The notes beneath the pieces are model-generated. The model did not search any database, was not told the origin of the DNA, and saw only the letters and a list, made by a program, of their open reading frames with translations. A stretch of 64,000 nt of DNA from Bilabrum cf. latius (Eukaryota), in contig OZ237737.1 in NCBI GenBank assembly GCA_965178125.1, positions 1,488,001-1,552,000 of the forward strand, read 5' to 3'. The translations under genes and the position numbers were made by a program. Below are positions 1 to 13,600 of the stretch, piece after piece; the stretch's first letter is position 1, and every line of letters begins with the position of its first letter.

Positions 1-2
1 CG

Positions 3-3000
3 GGCAACGTGAGCGACCTCATCTCGCGGATGCAGACGACTGAGAAGCCAAAGGAGAGGGAGTTCCTGGCTGGCCTGCTGTCCAACCTGGCCCTCGAGGA
101 CGAGTCAGCCCAGAAGATCGTGTCCGGCGGCGGCGTCAGCGCGCTGATGGGCTGCTTCGACAGCACCTCCAAGAAGACCGTCAAGGCGGCGTCCAAGGCC
201 ATCGGCCGCATCGCCGATGACCCCGCGAACATCGATGAGCTGGTGGACAGCGGAGCCGTGGGAGTGCTGGTGAAGACCATGGAGGAGAACAAGGGCGACG
301 CCGAGGTCTCCGCCTCCGTGGTGCCTACCCTCCTGCGCTTCGCCACCTCCCTGTCCAACGTGGCCAAGATTACGGAGCAGAGGGGCGTCAAGGCCATCCT
401 GCAGCAGATGGCAGAGCACCCCTAGGATGCCCAGCTGGCAGAGCAGGGCCTCGCTTTCATCGAGAACCTTCCCACCATCGGCTTCAGCACGTCCCTGCTC
501 GTGGGCGAGGGCGCTGTGCCGGCCACGGTGGCCTGCCTGAAGGCGCACCCCGACAGCCCCACCATCCAGCTGAACGGCGCCCGGTGCCTCGTGTACATGG
601 CCGACTGCGAGGACCACGTGGACAAGATCATGGCAGAGGACGCGCTCGACCACATCCTGGCCGTGCTGGCCAGCATCACCGAGGGCAAGGGTCGCATCGG
701 GGGGGGCGCTGGGGCCGCCTCGGGTGCGGGTGCCAGCGGGGCGAGCAAGGGCAGCAAGCGCCGCGGCAAGTCGGCAGCCGCTGCCAGCGCGAAGAAGAAG
801 GAGAAGAAGCAGCGCGAGCAGCTCGTCTCTACCTTCATGTACCTTCTGACGTCAGTGTCCATGTGCGACGACCACAAGACCTAGCTGCTGAACTCGGGCG
901 GCGTGGACACTGTGCTGTCTGCCATCGCCCACTTCGCCCGGCACGAGTCCGTGCGCGAGGGCGCCCAGGAGCTCATGCAGGCGGTGGTGGGTGCAGAGGA
1001 GGTCGCAGAGACACTCGCGGCGCTGGGGAGCACCCTGGAGTCGCTGATGAAGAGCAAGAGCGCGAGCGACGCGAAGGCCGCGATCGAGCAGATCGGACGG
1101 TGCAACGCCTTTTCTATCCTGCCCAGCAACGCCGACATCATCGTGCGGTCCGGTGCCAACGCCCCCAAGGGCGAGGTGGCAGGCCTGGGCGTGATCGTGA
1201 AGGCCATGATGGATGTGTCAAAGGCCGGGCACACCATCCCCAAGTAGGAGAGCATCCTCGCCGCGTGCTCCAACTGCCTCTTCGGCATCTCGTCTTGCGT
1301 GGGTGACGACGAGGAGCTCCGGGACATGCTGGGGAACAGCGGGGCCCTCGAGGGCGTCATCAAGGCCATCAAGGCCAACCCCAGGCTCAAGAGCTCCGTG
1401 GCGGCGGGCGTCGAGTTCCTCGACAAGTACGCCACCGTGGGCAATGCCTCCAAGGTCATCCTAGAGACGGGCGGCGTGGAGTCTCTCGTGGCTGCCATGC
1501 GCGCCAACCCGACCGACCCCAAGGTGACTCTCGCGGCCGTGGACACCATGTGCCGGCTCGCCTCAACGGACGAGGGCGCTATCGCTGTGGCCAAGCACGG
1601 CGGCGCCAGGCAGGTCGTCGCCGCCGTGACCTAGAACACGAGCACTCCGGGATTCCGGGAGCCCATGGAGCGCATGCTCAGCCTGCTGCAGCGGGTGGCG
1701 GGCACCAACGAGGGCAGCGACCAGCTGGTTCGCGTCGGCGGCGTGGATGCCGTGATCGCGGCTGCGGATGCCGTGTCGGACTCGGCCCGCGTGGCCCAGT
1801 CATCGAGCCGCGTGCTCGGCAGGCTGCTCATGGATGAAGACGTGGAGATGGCCGTGGACGACCTGGACGAGATGATGAAGCTCGTGCGCAAGGGCAAGGT
1901 GCCTCCGGTGGACCAGCTGAAGCCCATGCTCAGCCGGATGGGGCACATGGCAAACGTGGGCGACTTTGGCGCCTTCATCAGCAGCAAGGGCGGGGTGGAG
2001 AACCTCGCCAAGGTAATCGAAGTGGTCCTCAAGTCCGAGGACCCGGCCGTGCAGGAGGAACTGCTGCCCGTGGCGTTCCAGGCGCTTGCCAACTTGAGCC
2101 AGGCGCCTGGCGTGACGATCGAGGACGGGCTCGGCATTGACGCTCTCATCTCGCAGACGGTCGAGAAGGGGGTGGCCAGGACCGAGTCCATGGACTGCAT
2201 CCGCAGCATCGCCGGGAACTCCCCCGCCGCGGCCGCTCGGCTGGCCGGGGACGGCAAGACCATGGACATGGTCCTGGACGTGCTCAAGCAGAACATGAGG
2301 AACCCCGACATCGCGACCGCCGCTTTCGGTGCCATCTCCTCCCTGGCAGCACACGCCGACACGGCGGCCGTGGTGGCCGAGACGCAGGCCCCCCGACTCG
2401 TGTCGGAGTGGATCGACGACATGGACGAGGCCCCGCCGGCCGCCATCCAGGTCGCCCTGCAGGCCTACGGCAACATGCTGCAGTCAGAGGCGCTGAGGGA
2501 GCGCACCGTGGGCGACCACGCCCAGATGGATCTGATCAAGCAGGTGATTACGACCCACTGCATCGACGCCGAAGACGCTAACCCCGAGATCCTCCAGGGC
2601 ACCGTGCAGGTGGTCTCGCGGCTGGCTTCGGACAGCGCGTCGGTTGCCAAGCTGAACGAGAGCGGCGTGCTGCGCAAGGTGGTGCGCGGCGTGTCCTCCC
2701 ACAACGCGTACGTGCGGGACGCCGACGCCATGTCGCAGACCCTGGGACTCATCGAGAAGTGCGCCAAGGCGGACGAAGAGACTGGCCGCCAGCTCGCGGA
2801 CCAGGGCTCGCAGGAGCTCATCGTGGCTGCCATGAACGCCAACACCACCTCGTCCAGCGTCGTGGACGGCGGGGCTCAGGCGCTGCAGGCGCTGGGTGCT
2901 GGGGCCGAGGCAGGGCGGCTCGCCTTGGAGGAAGTCAACACGCTCACGCAGGAGATCGAGACGTCTGCGGAAACGACTGCCGAAGACGTGGAGCAGCTGG

Positions 3001-6000
3001 GCGATGCAGTGCAGAAGCTCTCGAACTTTATGCTCATGGACGGCGTGGTGGACGTGGAGAACGTGGACAACTACATCTCCGCGGTCAGCAACGCGATGAG
3101 CCTCATGTCGGACAGCATGGTTGCCAGACCGGAGCAGCTCGCCAGCGCAGTCTCCAGTGTAGGCCGCCTCCTGGGTATGTCGACCCAGATGGGTGCCCAG
3201 TCCGATGCGATCGGCTCGCTGGAGATGGTGCTGGACGTGCTTAGCGCAAACGACGAGCACCCAGCGGTGCGCGACGCTGCCATCCACACGGTGGGCAGCG
3301 TGGTGGAGGCCGGCGGGGCGGGAGTAATCCAGCAGCTGTCCAGCTTCGGCGTGATGGACGCCATCGTGGACGCCGGCAAGAAGGACGCGGGCAACCAGGA
3401 GTTGCAGGACCTGGTGACCGGCACTGTCAAGAAGATCACCACGGAGGCGAGGGCGTGCACCGCCACGCTCGTGCGGGCGGAGGGCGGTGCCACAGCGCTC
3501 GCCAGCGTGGTCGCGGCCAACGCCGGGGACCCTGCCGCGCTGAGCGCCACGGTCGAGTCCATCGGAGAGGCCGAGGGCGGACAGGACGCGCTGTGGCAAG
3601 TCCTGGCAGCGTCCAAGCAGGCGACCGTGTCGGACGAGGAGGGCGGACCCGAGGGCGCCACCGCTAAGTCAAGCGCACAGGCCAAGGAGGTGACCTGCGA
3701 GGCGCTGCGCGTGCTGTCGGAGAGCCTGCAGGCCAGCGACGTGAAGACCATCAAGGGCGACGCCATGCGGATGGCTGGACTGGCCGAGGCCATCGGTAGC
3801 GCGCTGGAGGCGCAGGAGGGCCTGACCGCCCAGAGCGACACCCGCTCTCGCCTGAACGCCCTCAAGCTGGCCGAGTTCTCGCTCAACCTGCTGGAGAGCA
3901 CCGAGGTGGAGAGGGACGGCGCCACGGAGATGCAAAAGAGGGGCGGGCTCACCAGCCTGCTGCGGCTGCTCGAGGCCAACCTGGGCGATGAGGAGACCAG
4001 TGCGAGGATCCTCAACATCCTGGCCAACCTCATGCGCTCCGGCGACGCTGAGGTGTCCAAGATCGTGGGCTCGGAGCAGAACGTCAAGCTGATCACCGAG
4101 GCCATCAAGATCCACCCAGGCGATGCCGAGGTGGCCTCCGGCGCGGTGCAGGTCCTCGAGCTGGCCCTGGAAGCCGTTGGGATGGAATCCTTTGGCATGG
4201 ATCGCGACGGTGTGCGCGCCATCATGGCCACGCAGGCTAGCCATGGGACCATGTCCGAGGTGGGCAGCGGCACCAGCAAGATCCTGCAGGCAATGGGCAA
4301 CAAGTTCTCGGACGAGCCTGCCAAGCTCATGCGCAGGCAGCTCTCATCCGCGGCCACCACCGCCGGCAAAGCGCTGCAGGCCGTAAAGGCGGAGCAGGGC
4401 GAGGACGGTCAGACCTACTACGTAACCGCCGCTGGCCGCAGCACGGAGGTGCCGCCCGAGATGGTGGAGCTCAGGGCCAGCGTGATGGCCGCGGCGGAGA
4501 CCGCCACCGCCCAGGACGCCGCGGAGGTGGAGGTTGTCCAGGAGGAGACCGTGAAGGGCATCACCAGCGTGCTCGAGAGCTTCTCGGGGGGTGACGCCGA
4601 CGTTGCAACCGCGTGCGCCAAGACCCTGACCAAGCTGTCCTCCAACACGGAGAACGTGGGGGTGATCGCGCAGGCGGGCGGCATCAAGGCTGTGATCAAG
4701 GCCATCCAGTCGCAACCCGACCAGACGGAGCTGCTCGAGGTGCTGCTGGTGCTCCTGGAGCGCATCTCTCGTGACGATCAGTTCAAGCAGCCCGTGGCGG
4801 AGCAGGGCGGCATCGACGTTGTCGTCAACATCGCGATCGGGCGGCACGTGGAGCGCAAGGAGGTCGCCTCCCGCTCCCTATCGGTGCTCGCAAACTGCGC
4901 CTTCAACAACGAGAAGCTGTGCCAGCTGGTCATTGACAAGGAGGGCGTGCCCGCCATCCAGAAGGCCATCATGGCCCACCTGGACGCCCCCCGCCTCGTC
5001 GAGAACGGCATGTGCGCCCTGTCCAACCTGCTGTACGCCAGCGACGACGCCAAGGTGATGATCGCCGAGCTTGCCGGCGAGATGGTGTGCAGCATCTGCG
5101 CCGAGCAGAGCTCCACCGACGCCGCCCTCGCCAAGATGACCCTGCGCGCCATCGGCAACCTCGCTTTCGTGGACCACAACATCCGGTACCTGGCCGACGA
5201 GCAGCACGCCACGGCAGCCATCGTCAAGGTCATGGCGGCGCATCCAGACGACGACGAGCTGCAGCAGACGGCCGTGGAGGTGCTGAGTAACTTCGCCGCC
5301 AAGGAGGAGACCGAGGAGGAAATCGCCGAGGAGCTCGCATCCATCCAGTACATCATGATGGAGGAGGGCGGCACCCAGGCCGTGCTGCACCTGCTGGAGA
5401 CCAAGCGGTCCAACAGCTCCATCGCCGCTGCCTGCCTGCAGTGCCTGCTCAACGTGTGCACGGACATCGAGGTGGCCACGATGCTGGCCGAGGACCAGAA
5501 CCTCCCCGAGAAGGTCATCGAGACTCTCACAGAGCTGGACTGGGACTCGGAGCTCGTCTCGCACTGCCTGCCGCTCATCGCCACAATGACCGACTCGCCG
5601 GTGGCGGCCAACGCCGTGGCTGAGCTGGACGGCGTGCAGCTGGTGCTCGACGCCATGGAGACGCACGGCGGTGACGCCGAGCTGGGCGAGGACATCTTGC
5701 TCAACGGATCCATGACTCTGTCCAACCTCGCCAGGTACCCCGACGCTCGCAAGATGATCCTGGACACGCGCGCTACCGAGCCGATGTTCGCGCTCATCGA
5801 GCAGCACGTGACTTAGAAGCTCTTCGTCTCCGAGATGCTCGCCGCCTTCACTTGCATGGCTCAGGACGACGAGCTGTCCAAGGTAATCGGGGAGTCCCTG
5901 CACATCGTGATGGCCGCCATCGACAGGTACAACGGGGACGCTGAGTTCCTGACCCGTGCCTTGCAGTGCATCGCCCTGCTGGCCTTCAACAGCGACAACT

Positions 6001-6716
6001 TGCGGTCCATCTGCCAGGCCAATGGCATCACCATCATCATCAACGCTGCGATCAACCACCCCGACAGCCGAGCCCTCATCCTCCGCGGCGTCAAGACCCT
6101 CGACTCTCTGTCCATGTCAAGCAGGGAGACGGCGCAGCTGGTGCAGGACGAAGGCGGCCTGGAGCTGATCTAGACCATCCTAGAGAGCTACCCCAAGGAC
6201 CTCGAGATCCAGCGGGCGGGCAAGAGCGCAGTTCTGTCGATGCAGGCGCTTGACAACCTCAACAAGTCGGCCAAGATCACGGCCAAGGCAGCCAAGGACG
6301 CCTCCAAGCGCAAGAAGGCCGGTGGCGGCGGTGACATCACCACGGATCCACTCAAGGAGGTCCGCACGATGCTGGCGGCGGGCAAGCTGATGAACGTGTG
6401 GAACGGGGGTAGCAAGAGCTCTTGCCACGTGCTCGTGTCGCCAGACTTCCGGTCGATCGTGTGGCAGAATCCCTCCAGCAAGGCCAAACTGGGCGCGATG
6501 GACCTCAGGACCATCGTGTCGGTGAAGAAGGGCACTGGAGAGGGGCACAAGCCCCGTCTGTTTGGACCCACCCCTGAGACGAAGAACTGCTTCACGGTGC
6601 AGGGCGAGCGGTCGTCGCTCGACCTGGAGCTCGCTGTCACCCGGGAGGTGGACTCGTGGGTGGATGCTCTAAACCTGCTGCTGGTGACCTTCAAGACCAA
6701 CCCGGCCGCGCTGTGA
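3..6716 (+). CDS. Large armadillo-repeat protein with a degenerate WW-like motif and a C-terminal PH domain (5'-partial, >2,230 aa; 6 in-frame TAG read as sense)
   Basis: ORFs 9-425, 501-884, 903-1247, 1299-1634, 1665-5816, 5835-6173 and 6240-6716 share one frame and are separated only by TAG at 423, 882, 1245, 1632, 5814 and 6171. ARM-like helices run across them (GGVSALM, GGIKAVIKAI, GGLELI*TILESYP). WW-like DGQTYYVT..GRST..P at about 4392-4460. PH-like end (LVSPDFRSIVW...CFTVQG.RSSLDL...WVDALNLL) at about 6345-6690. Ends at TGA, then composition drops to AT-richer sequence. Confidence 0.85.
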
Positions 6717-6897
6717 TTGGACTTCAGTTGATACGACAAGTGGTTTTTCGATTTTCGCATTTGTAACGAGCGATTTCGTCTCGTGCTAAAAAACCAGACT
6801 TGCCGAGCTTGCCGCCGAACCGTGGCACACATCTTGGCAAGGGTCGAGCCCCCGAGCCGCAGCGATTTTACGAACAAACTGTGCCAATTTAGGAAAC

Positions 6898-9800
6898 ATG
6901 AATGTTAATTATCGGAGCGCTAGGGTGCTCAATCAGCTTGACGGCCCTGCCAAGGCCTCGAGCAGCTCTCTGCAGCGCACGAGCCAAGAGGCAGAGCGTG
7001 CCTCTGACGAGAGCGCACACTCTCTACCTTCTGCGGCATCCCTGCACAAAGCTTCTACGGTCAAGTCGTAGCACCAGGGCCGGTTCGCTGCCATATCTGG
7101 CGCGGCTGGGACATCAAATCCTTTGGTACAGGCTAGCGGCAGGTCGACTGGGCGGTTGATGACGACGACAGAGGTAGTGGACGCCTCGAACTTGCGTCCC
7201 ACAGGTTCATCTGCCCGGTACAAAGCTTCTCTGGGGTTCGATAGGTGCCCTGCCAGTAGCACTTGCGCTGCCGGAAGCGCGGCGGCGGTGCTCGTCGTGT
7301 TTTGCTGTAGTTTAGCGATCGCTGCTCTGGTGCAGCAGGGAAAGATACGTAACGATGTAAAGAGCGGCCAATTGCACGCAGGAAGCACATCGATACAGGG
7401 TGACGATGGGCATGCGCAGGACGCCCTTGATATATACTAGCCTGTGTCATCATCAACAGCTGCGATGACCAACGTCTTCTTGACAACGCCAGTGAGTAGC
7501 AACTAGCAGCCTGGCAACGCGAGCAACTACGGCACCGATAGGAATTCCACGTAGCACATTGGTACCAGTGTGCTGAGCTCCGTGCGCGTGCCGGACCTAG
7601 CCAAGCTTGCGCAGGCTGAGAGGCAGCAGGGCGTTGAGGACCCTCTGGCGCACTTGCAGGTTCACGCAACGTTGCTGGGTGCAAGCAGCGAGGCTATTCG
7701 CGCGAGGATCGGTGCGGAGGCTCTTCGGCTGGCTTTAGAGGTGCAGCAGCTGCGGGAGGAACTAGATGCGAGCAGGGCAAAGGATTAGGCGAACGAGCGC
7801 AGGATGGAGCAAGTGCTGGGGCGCCTAGACCGAGCAGTGGCAGAGCAGGAGGCAGCGAGGCAGGAGCGCGAAGAGCTGCGAGCGGGCATCCTCTCCACCA
7901 ATGCCACGGCGGCATGGCTGCATGTGAGGGCCCTCGCCGAGGACAGGGCCAGGGAACAAGCGAGGCTCGAGGCGGAGAAGGCTGCCAACGCCACCCACGG
8001 GGGAGCGGGAGGCGGCGGCCCCGCGCTCCCCTCTCAGCTGGTGAACGCGAGCGACCCGGCTCAGTTCAACCGCACCATGACGCTTGTCATGGACACGCTC
8101 GACAGGCTCTTCCTGGACACGGCCGATGCCACGCAGGACGCCAAGAAGGCTGCCGATGCCGCTGCTGGGGCCTCAAACGCGAGCGCCATCGCAAAGGAGG
8201 GCGCCTTAAGGGCGCTCAATGAGTCCGCCCTGGCGCTGGCTGCTTCACAGAGCGCGAGCGGTGCTGCTTCCAGCGCGGTATATGTGGCAGCGGCGGCAGC
8301 CCAGAATGCATCGATCGCGGCAGCCACGGCCGCCGCTGCTCTCGAGCAGGCCTCGGCCGCTGGAAGCACCGTGCGTGAGGTCAGCCGAAGCCTGAACGCA
8401 ACGGTGCGAAGCGCAGTCGCCGACGCGGCCAGCCAGGCATAGGCGGCCGGCAGCGCCGCATCCGATGCGCAAAGCTCAGCCGATCGTGCCGTCCGCGCCT
8501 CCGAGGCGACGAGCGAGCTGTTCCAGTCCAACATCGGTGCTCTGTCGGGCGCCATAGGGGCGATTTCGACCACGCTGGCTGTGTCTCAGACAGCGACAGA
8601 GTAGCGGGTGCGGGAGGAGGGCACCTCTGGCGTGACCGGCGTGCGCACCTACCTTGCTGGCGTGGAGCCGTACAACGAGGCAACCCACGTGGGCCCGGGT
8701 AGCATCCTCAGCGTGCACGACCATGCAGACCTGGAGAGGACGATCGGCATGGGGGAGATATCAGCGGTGCTCAACGGGGTCCAGTTCCAGACGAGACACA
8801 ACGACTACAGCCTCAGGGACCCGGATGCTGGTAGCAACTTCGATTTCCCGCCGGTGCCGCCGGCCGTGCTGGCCAAGGGCTCCAACGTGACCGCACAGGT
8901 GCTCGAGATGAGAGAATGGTTTCGTGCGTGGCAGGAGGACGACTGGAGCGTGCGAGACTTCCGGCCGTATTTCCGGCCGGCCATGTGCGTGCTCGAGGGT
9001 GCGTGGCTGGAGGACGACCGCTTCAAGGACCCGTTCGACTCGGACCGGCACCAGATCGACGCGAAGTCTTGGAGCGACCTCTACAACAAGGCTTGGTACA
9101 CGTTCTCGAGCGGGGGCAAGCACTCGGGAGAAAACCTCAGCTTCATGCCCACCTCCATTCGAAACCTGGTGAACGGCACGTGGCCAATGCTGAGCCGGTG
9201 GGACTATCGCATCAAGTGCCACCGTCTCAAGGAGTCCACGCACCTGCCCCCCAGAGCATTCCGGGTGGCCAAGGACCTGAGCTCTTTGCTACAGGCGGCC
9301 ACCGCAGAGACGCCAGAGTCGCAGTACTTGTCCAGAGCCGCGCGCTTCGAGCTGCCGCCCTACCCCAACAACTTGAACGTGCCCACCCCTCGGTGGGTGG
9401 GCTGGACATGGATGGACGAGCTGATGCACGAGGTGCCCGGCCGGAAACGGTCGGGTCCCCTGCGCGACCAGACGGTGCTATCCAGCAACGGCGAGGTCGC
9501 CTACGAATACAACAACGCGTCCCAGCTGCTGGACACGTCCAAGTACACGAGGTACTACCGGTTCGGAGGGCTGGACGCGATGGGCAGGAGCGCGGTGAAC
9601 CGTGGCTTCAGGGACACGAACATGTACTCTGCCATGACGTCGGACGAGCGGGTGACCCCCGTGCGGTACACGGGCGACTCTGGCACGGACCAGTACGAGC
9701 AGAGGTGGACGTGGTCCATCCCGCTGGAGGTCATCTACCTTACCCCGCTCAACGACTGGAATCCCCACAACCTGACGTGGATGAGCGGCAGGGGAGCAAC

Positions 9801-10470
9801 GGGGCCCCACAGCAACCGAACGGGCAGCCTTACCGACCCCAACGACGCCTTCTTGGGCGTGGGCTACTGGCACAACTACAAGACCCCCGTGGAGCTATAC
9901 GAAGGATATGGGGTGGGCAACAATGGAGACCCCGCAGACACGTCGACTAACCCGAAGGGCGTGCTCGCGGGCGACGGCAGCATCAAGAAGGTGGTCGCGT
10001 CGGGGACGTGGGTTGCGCTCCCCGCGATCGGGTCCGGCGTGGGGCGGGTGAGGATGCGGTACCCCGTGGCTCCCGTGCACTGGCATGGCAGCACGGGGTA
10101 CAAGGAAACCAAGGCACTGACTCGGGTGGTAGATGCCTCGCTTGAGCAGCAGGGCAAGGGTGGCGTGGTGAGCGTGCTAGACGGGATCCGGGCGACCAGC
10201 ATCGGCGCTCGAGCGCAGCTGTCTGTGAGCAGCCCCGGCGCGCCGGTGCCGTCGCACATCCACGATATATTCATCCCGGGGGGCTGGGTGTCGCTGCTGG
10301 AAGACGGAAGCACGTTCACGGTGGAGACCTCCTCGGAGGAGGGCCACACTCACAGGGTTGCGATCAAGAGAGATCTGGCGACCGGGAACCTCGTGATGCT
10401 CACCTGCGATGGTACTGCAGGCGAGTGCTGGGATGGACATGACACCGTGCAGAACGAAAGGACTTCCTAA
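6898..10470 (+). CDS. Type II membrane protein (about 1,190 aa): N-terminal anchor, Ala-rich coiled-coil stalk and a large globular C-terminal domain of an uncharacterised family; 7 in-frame TAG
   Basis: One frame from aaacATG at 6898 (alternative start 7159) through TAGs at 7069, 7438, 7504, 7552, 7786, 8440 and 8602 to TAA at 10468. Hydrophobic segment AAAVLVVFCCSLAIAALV, many N-x-S/T sequons. Globular part contains SVHDHAD..TIGMGEISAVLNGVQFQTRHNDY, WTWSIPLEVIYLTPL, RMRYPVAPVH and a His-rich end (HIHDI...GHTH...CWDGH). Confidence 0.8.
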
Positions 10471-10618
10471 TGAAAGTGCGAGTGATGCCTCCGTCGAATT
10501 TTTGCATTAAATGATGGAACAGCACAAAGGTCATGAACAATCAATCCATCTTTGCCTAAATATGTATCCCCGCATAGGGGTTTAAAACTTAAGTTTACAA
10601 GCAGCTATTGTGGTATTA

Positions 10619-13600
10619 TCATCCTTCGCAAAAGTGCGCGACTGCACTCGCATCTTTGCCTGGTCCGTAGTCCGTGATGGTGCGTCCAAGTTCTGGAAGG
10701 CTCTTCCGATCTCCAGGTAGCTTTACACTCTTTACTACAACTCGATTGTTGGGATCTACCGCCGTGATGGCGATGGTCTCTCCGCTCGCACCCACGATCT
10801 CGACGGAAAGGCAGGCTTTGTACTTAGTAGTTTCGGCGGCGACGCTCCTGAAGCGCTGCTTCGCAAGGGGCACCCACTTGTCCAGCTCACCGAGAAGGAT
10901 CCACCCGTTCGAGAACTTGCGGAAGAATCGGAACAAGCGCCACGCGTACATGCCTCGAGCCGGGTCGCCTTCCACCCTGCTGCGGCCCGTGGTCACGTCG
11001 GGGGCCTTGCTGAGGCTGTTGTTGGCCACCGCAGCGTGCCACATGATGCACCCGGACTCATTGGCATCGTCACCATCCCGACACTTGCCAGCTGCTGTGC
11101 GGGCCTCCTGCACAGCATACACGCTGCCCTCTGGCAGCATAGGGTAAAAGTCCGGGGCATCAAGCTCGAAGGATCCCACGTTCACAGAGACAAAATACCG
11201 GGCCTCTGCAGGCTCTGCAGCTGCATCCTTCGAATCGCCGGAGGGTGGGATGTACGAGTGGGTCTGCCACAAGGCGGCCGGGCACGGATGGAACCTGCAC
11301 TTGCCGTTTTCAGGGGCGGTCGGTAGCCCTGGCTTGCCGATACCGACAGTGTAGTACGTTGAATCGACGGCAGTAAGGGGCTTGTCGGGTTTTAAGAGGA
11401 CCCCATCGGACCTCGCGGCCATCCTCGCAAGAGATGCATTTGTGAGGAATGGCGCGTCACCGATGCCGACAGGCCCGGTGCTCAAGGCAGCAATGGCCAC
11501 GGTCATCTCGACGCTCGAATGGTTGTGCTCGTTGCCGCACTGGGCGGGAACACCCACCTGGTCGGCAGTGGTCCACGTCACGTCCTTGCTCGGCGGCAGC
11601 CCCACTGCATAGAACAGCAAGCCCGACTGCCCGATCTCGAAGTTGTCCCACTCGTTGGTGCTGTTACCGCCCTCACACGCGTAGTCGTTGGATGCGCGCC
11701 CGTTCGTCACTCCAGGAAGTCGCATGGTTTCCATGATTTGACCTGGGTTTGCCATGCAGATCTGCGTTGGGACGGCGGCTGCCGCCCCTGCCCCGTACAT
11801 GCCGTGGAACCACTCTGCAGCAGTGCCAGTCACGTTGGAAATGCCTGGAGTCTCGTCCAGGTTCTCGAGCATGAAATCCGTCTCAAAGTTGGTCCCACCG
11901 AAGTTGTCCTTGATGCTCTTCATGATCTATCCGAAGAACCGCTTTGATTCAGACGGGGCAGGGTTGTGGTAGGTGTCGTCGAACGAAGGCTACACAGAGT
12001 AATCACCCGACTCGAAAAGATCGAGTTGCTTGGAGAAGCAGCCTGCATACAGCACGAGACCGGGACTGCCTAGCTATTTCAGACTCTCAAACAGTGCGGG
12101 CACGCCATCAGGAAAGTACTTGGGGTTTCCGGTCCATTCCTTCACACAGAGAAACCCCTCCACGTTCACGGACCACCAGTCATCCAGCTGCGTGGCCCGC
12201 GATGGCACGTCGTTCTGTGCGTACCATTTCTGAATCTCCAAGAGCAAGTCTGCTGGAGTCTTATCGGGCAATGGAGGGTAAATCGCGCGACCGAGAGCAG
12301 CACCGTTGTCCGTGTACGTCTGCGAGCAAGCGACACGGAAGAGAATGAGACGGAAGGAGATTATAGGCCTAGTGCCATCACTGCGTTCGAAACGATTCAC
12401 AGCTTAGCACTGCCAGCTGCACACTGTAGCAAACTAGGATAAAGGTCTTACCGACAGCATCATGAGGGCAAGGTCCCCGATACGGGGCAGCATCGGCAGG
12501 GTCGGCTCGGCCCCCAGGTGCTGCTTGACCCCTTGCGACGTAGTAGATGCGCCGTCGTAATGGTACTGGTACGGGTCACCGGGGACGCCGTCCGGAATTG
12601 GCAGCATCGTGTTGTACTTTCTGGCCAGCTCTGCCCAAGACGCCAGGGCACGCGTGGTACCTGCCTCCGACATGGCAATGATCCCGCCCTGGTAGCCTTG
12701 CGGCAGGGAGGTGAGCCGGCCGCTCGGGCCCGTCACCCAGGCGTAGTCGTGAGTGTCTGAGCAGGCCTTAAAATCATCATCACCATCGTTAGGATTTGCA
12801 CCAGGCGCAGTTATGTTGACGATGGCCCAGGTGGTGTCCAACAGGTGCTGCAGGGGGCCCAGAACCAGAGCCGAGCCGGGAGCGGGGTGCTCGAACGGGG
12901 GGTCTGGATCGTACGGATCAGAGGCGAGCACAATGGGACCTCTCTCGATCTCTCCCCCGGGGTCATGGCCCTGACGAGCGCTCGGGATCCCCTGGTTCGG
13001 GAACCCCCTCACGGGGTTCGCCTGGCTAAAGGTGCCGTGCCACAGCAGCGTGGTCGACTGCGCGGAGCCCGCCTGGCTCGTGCCGCATCCCGAAAACACG
13101 GGAAATCGCACGCTCGGCTCTCGAGCTTTCAGACCGACCAGCGTGTTGTCTGCATCGCTGCCCTCGATCCTCCAGTCGAACCGAGCGGCCATCCTGGGCT
13201 CGAAGTACTGCATGAACCTCGTGACTAGCCGGGCTTTCGACCTCGCCGGGTCGCCTGCCGCCCATTCCAGCTCGGTGAAGTTTCCCATGAAATCAATGAT
13301 CGTATTGTTGTATATACCCCCGGTAGAGTTTGTGAGCACCAACGGGTAGGCGGTATCGGCCGGGCTGTACCAGCTTCCACGTACAAACCACGCGACGGGT
13401 TGTAGCTTGGAGTGGGCAACGTAGGACAGGCCATCCGCCACGATGGAATATTGAAGGGAGCTTCCATTCTGCTCATCATATGCGATGTCGATCCAAGTTT
13501 CCCCGGGCTCGTACCCAGAGCTAATTTTCTGGCGAGACCTCCGGGTGCTCCAAGCTGGTCGCTTCGGTTGCAGAAGCATAGCAGATGCACACAAGCATCC

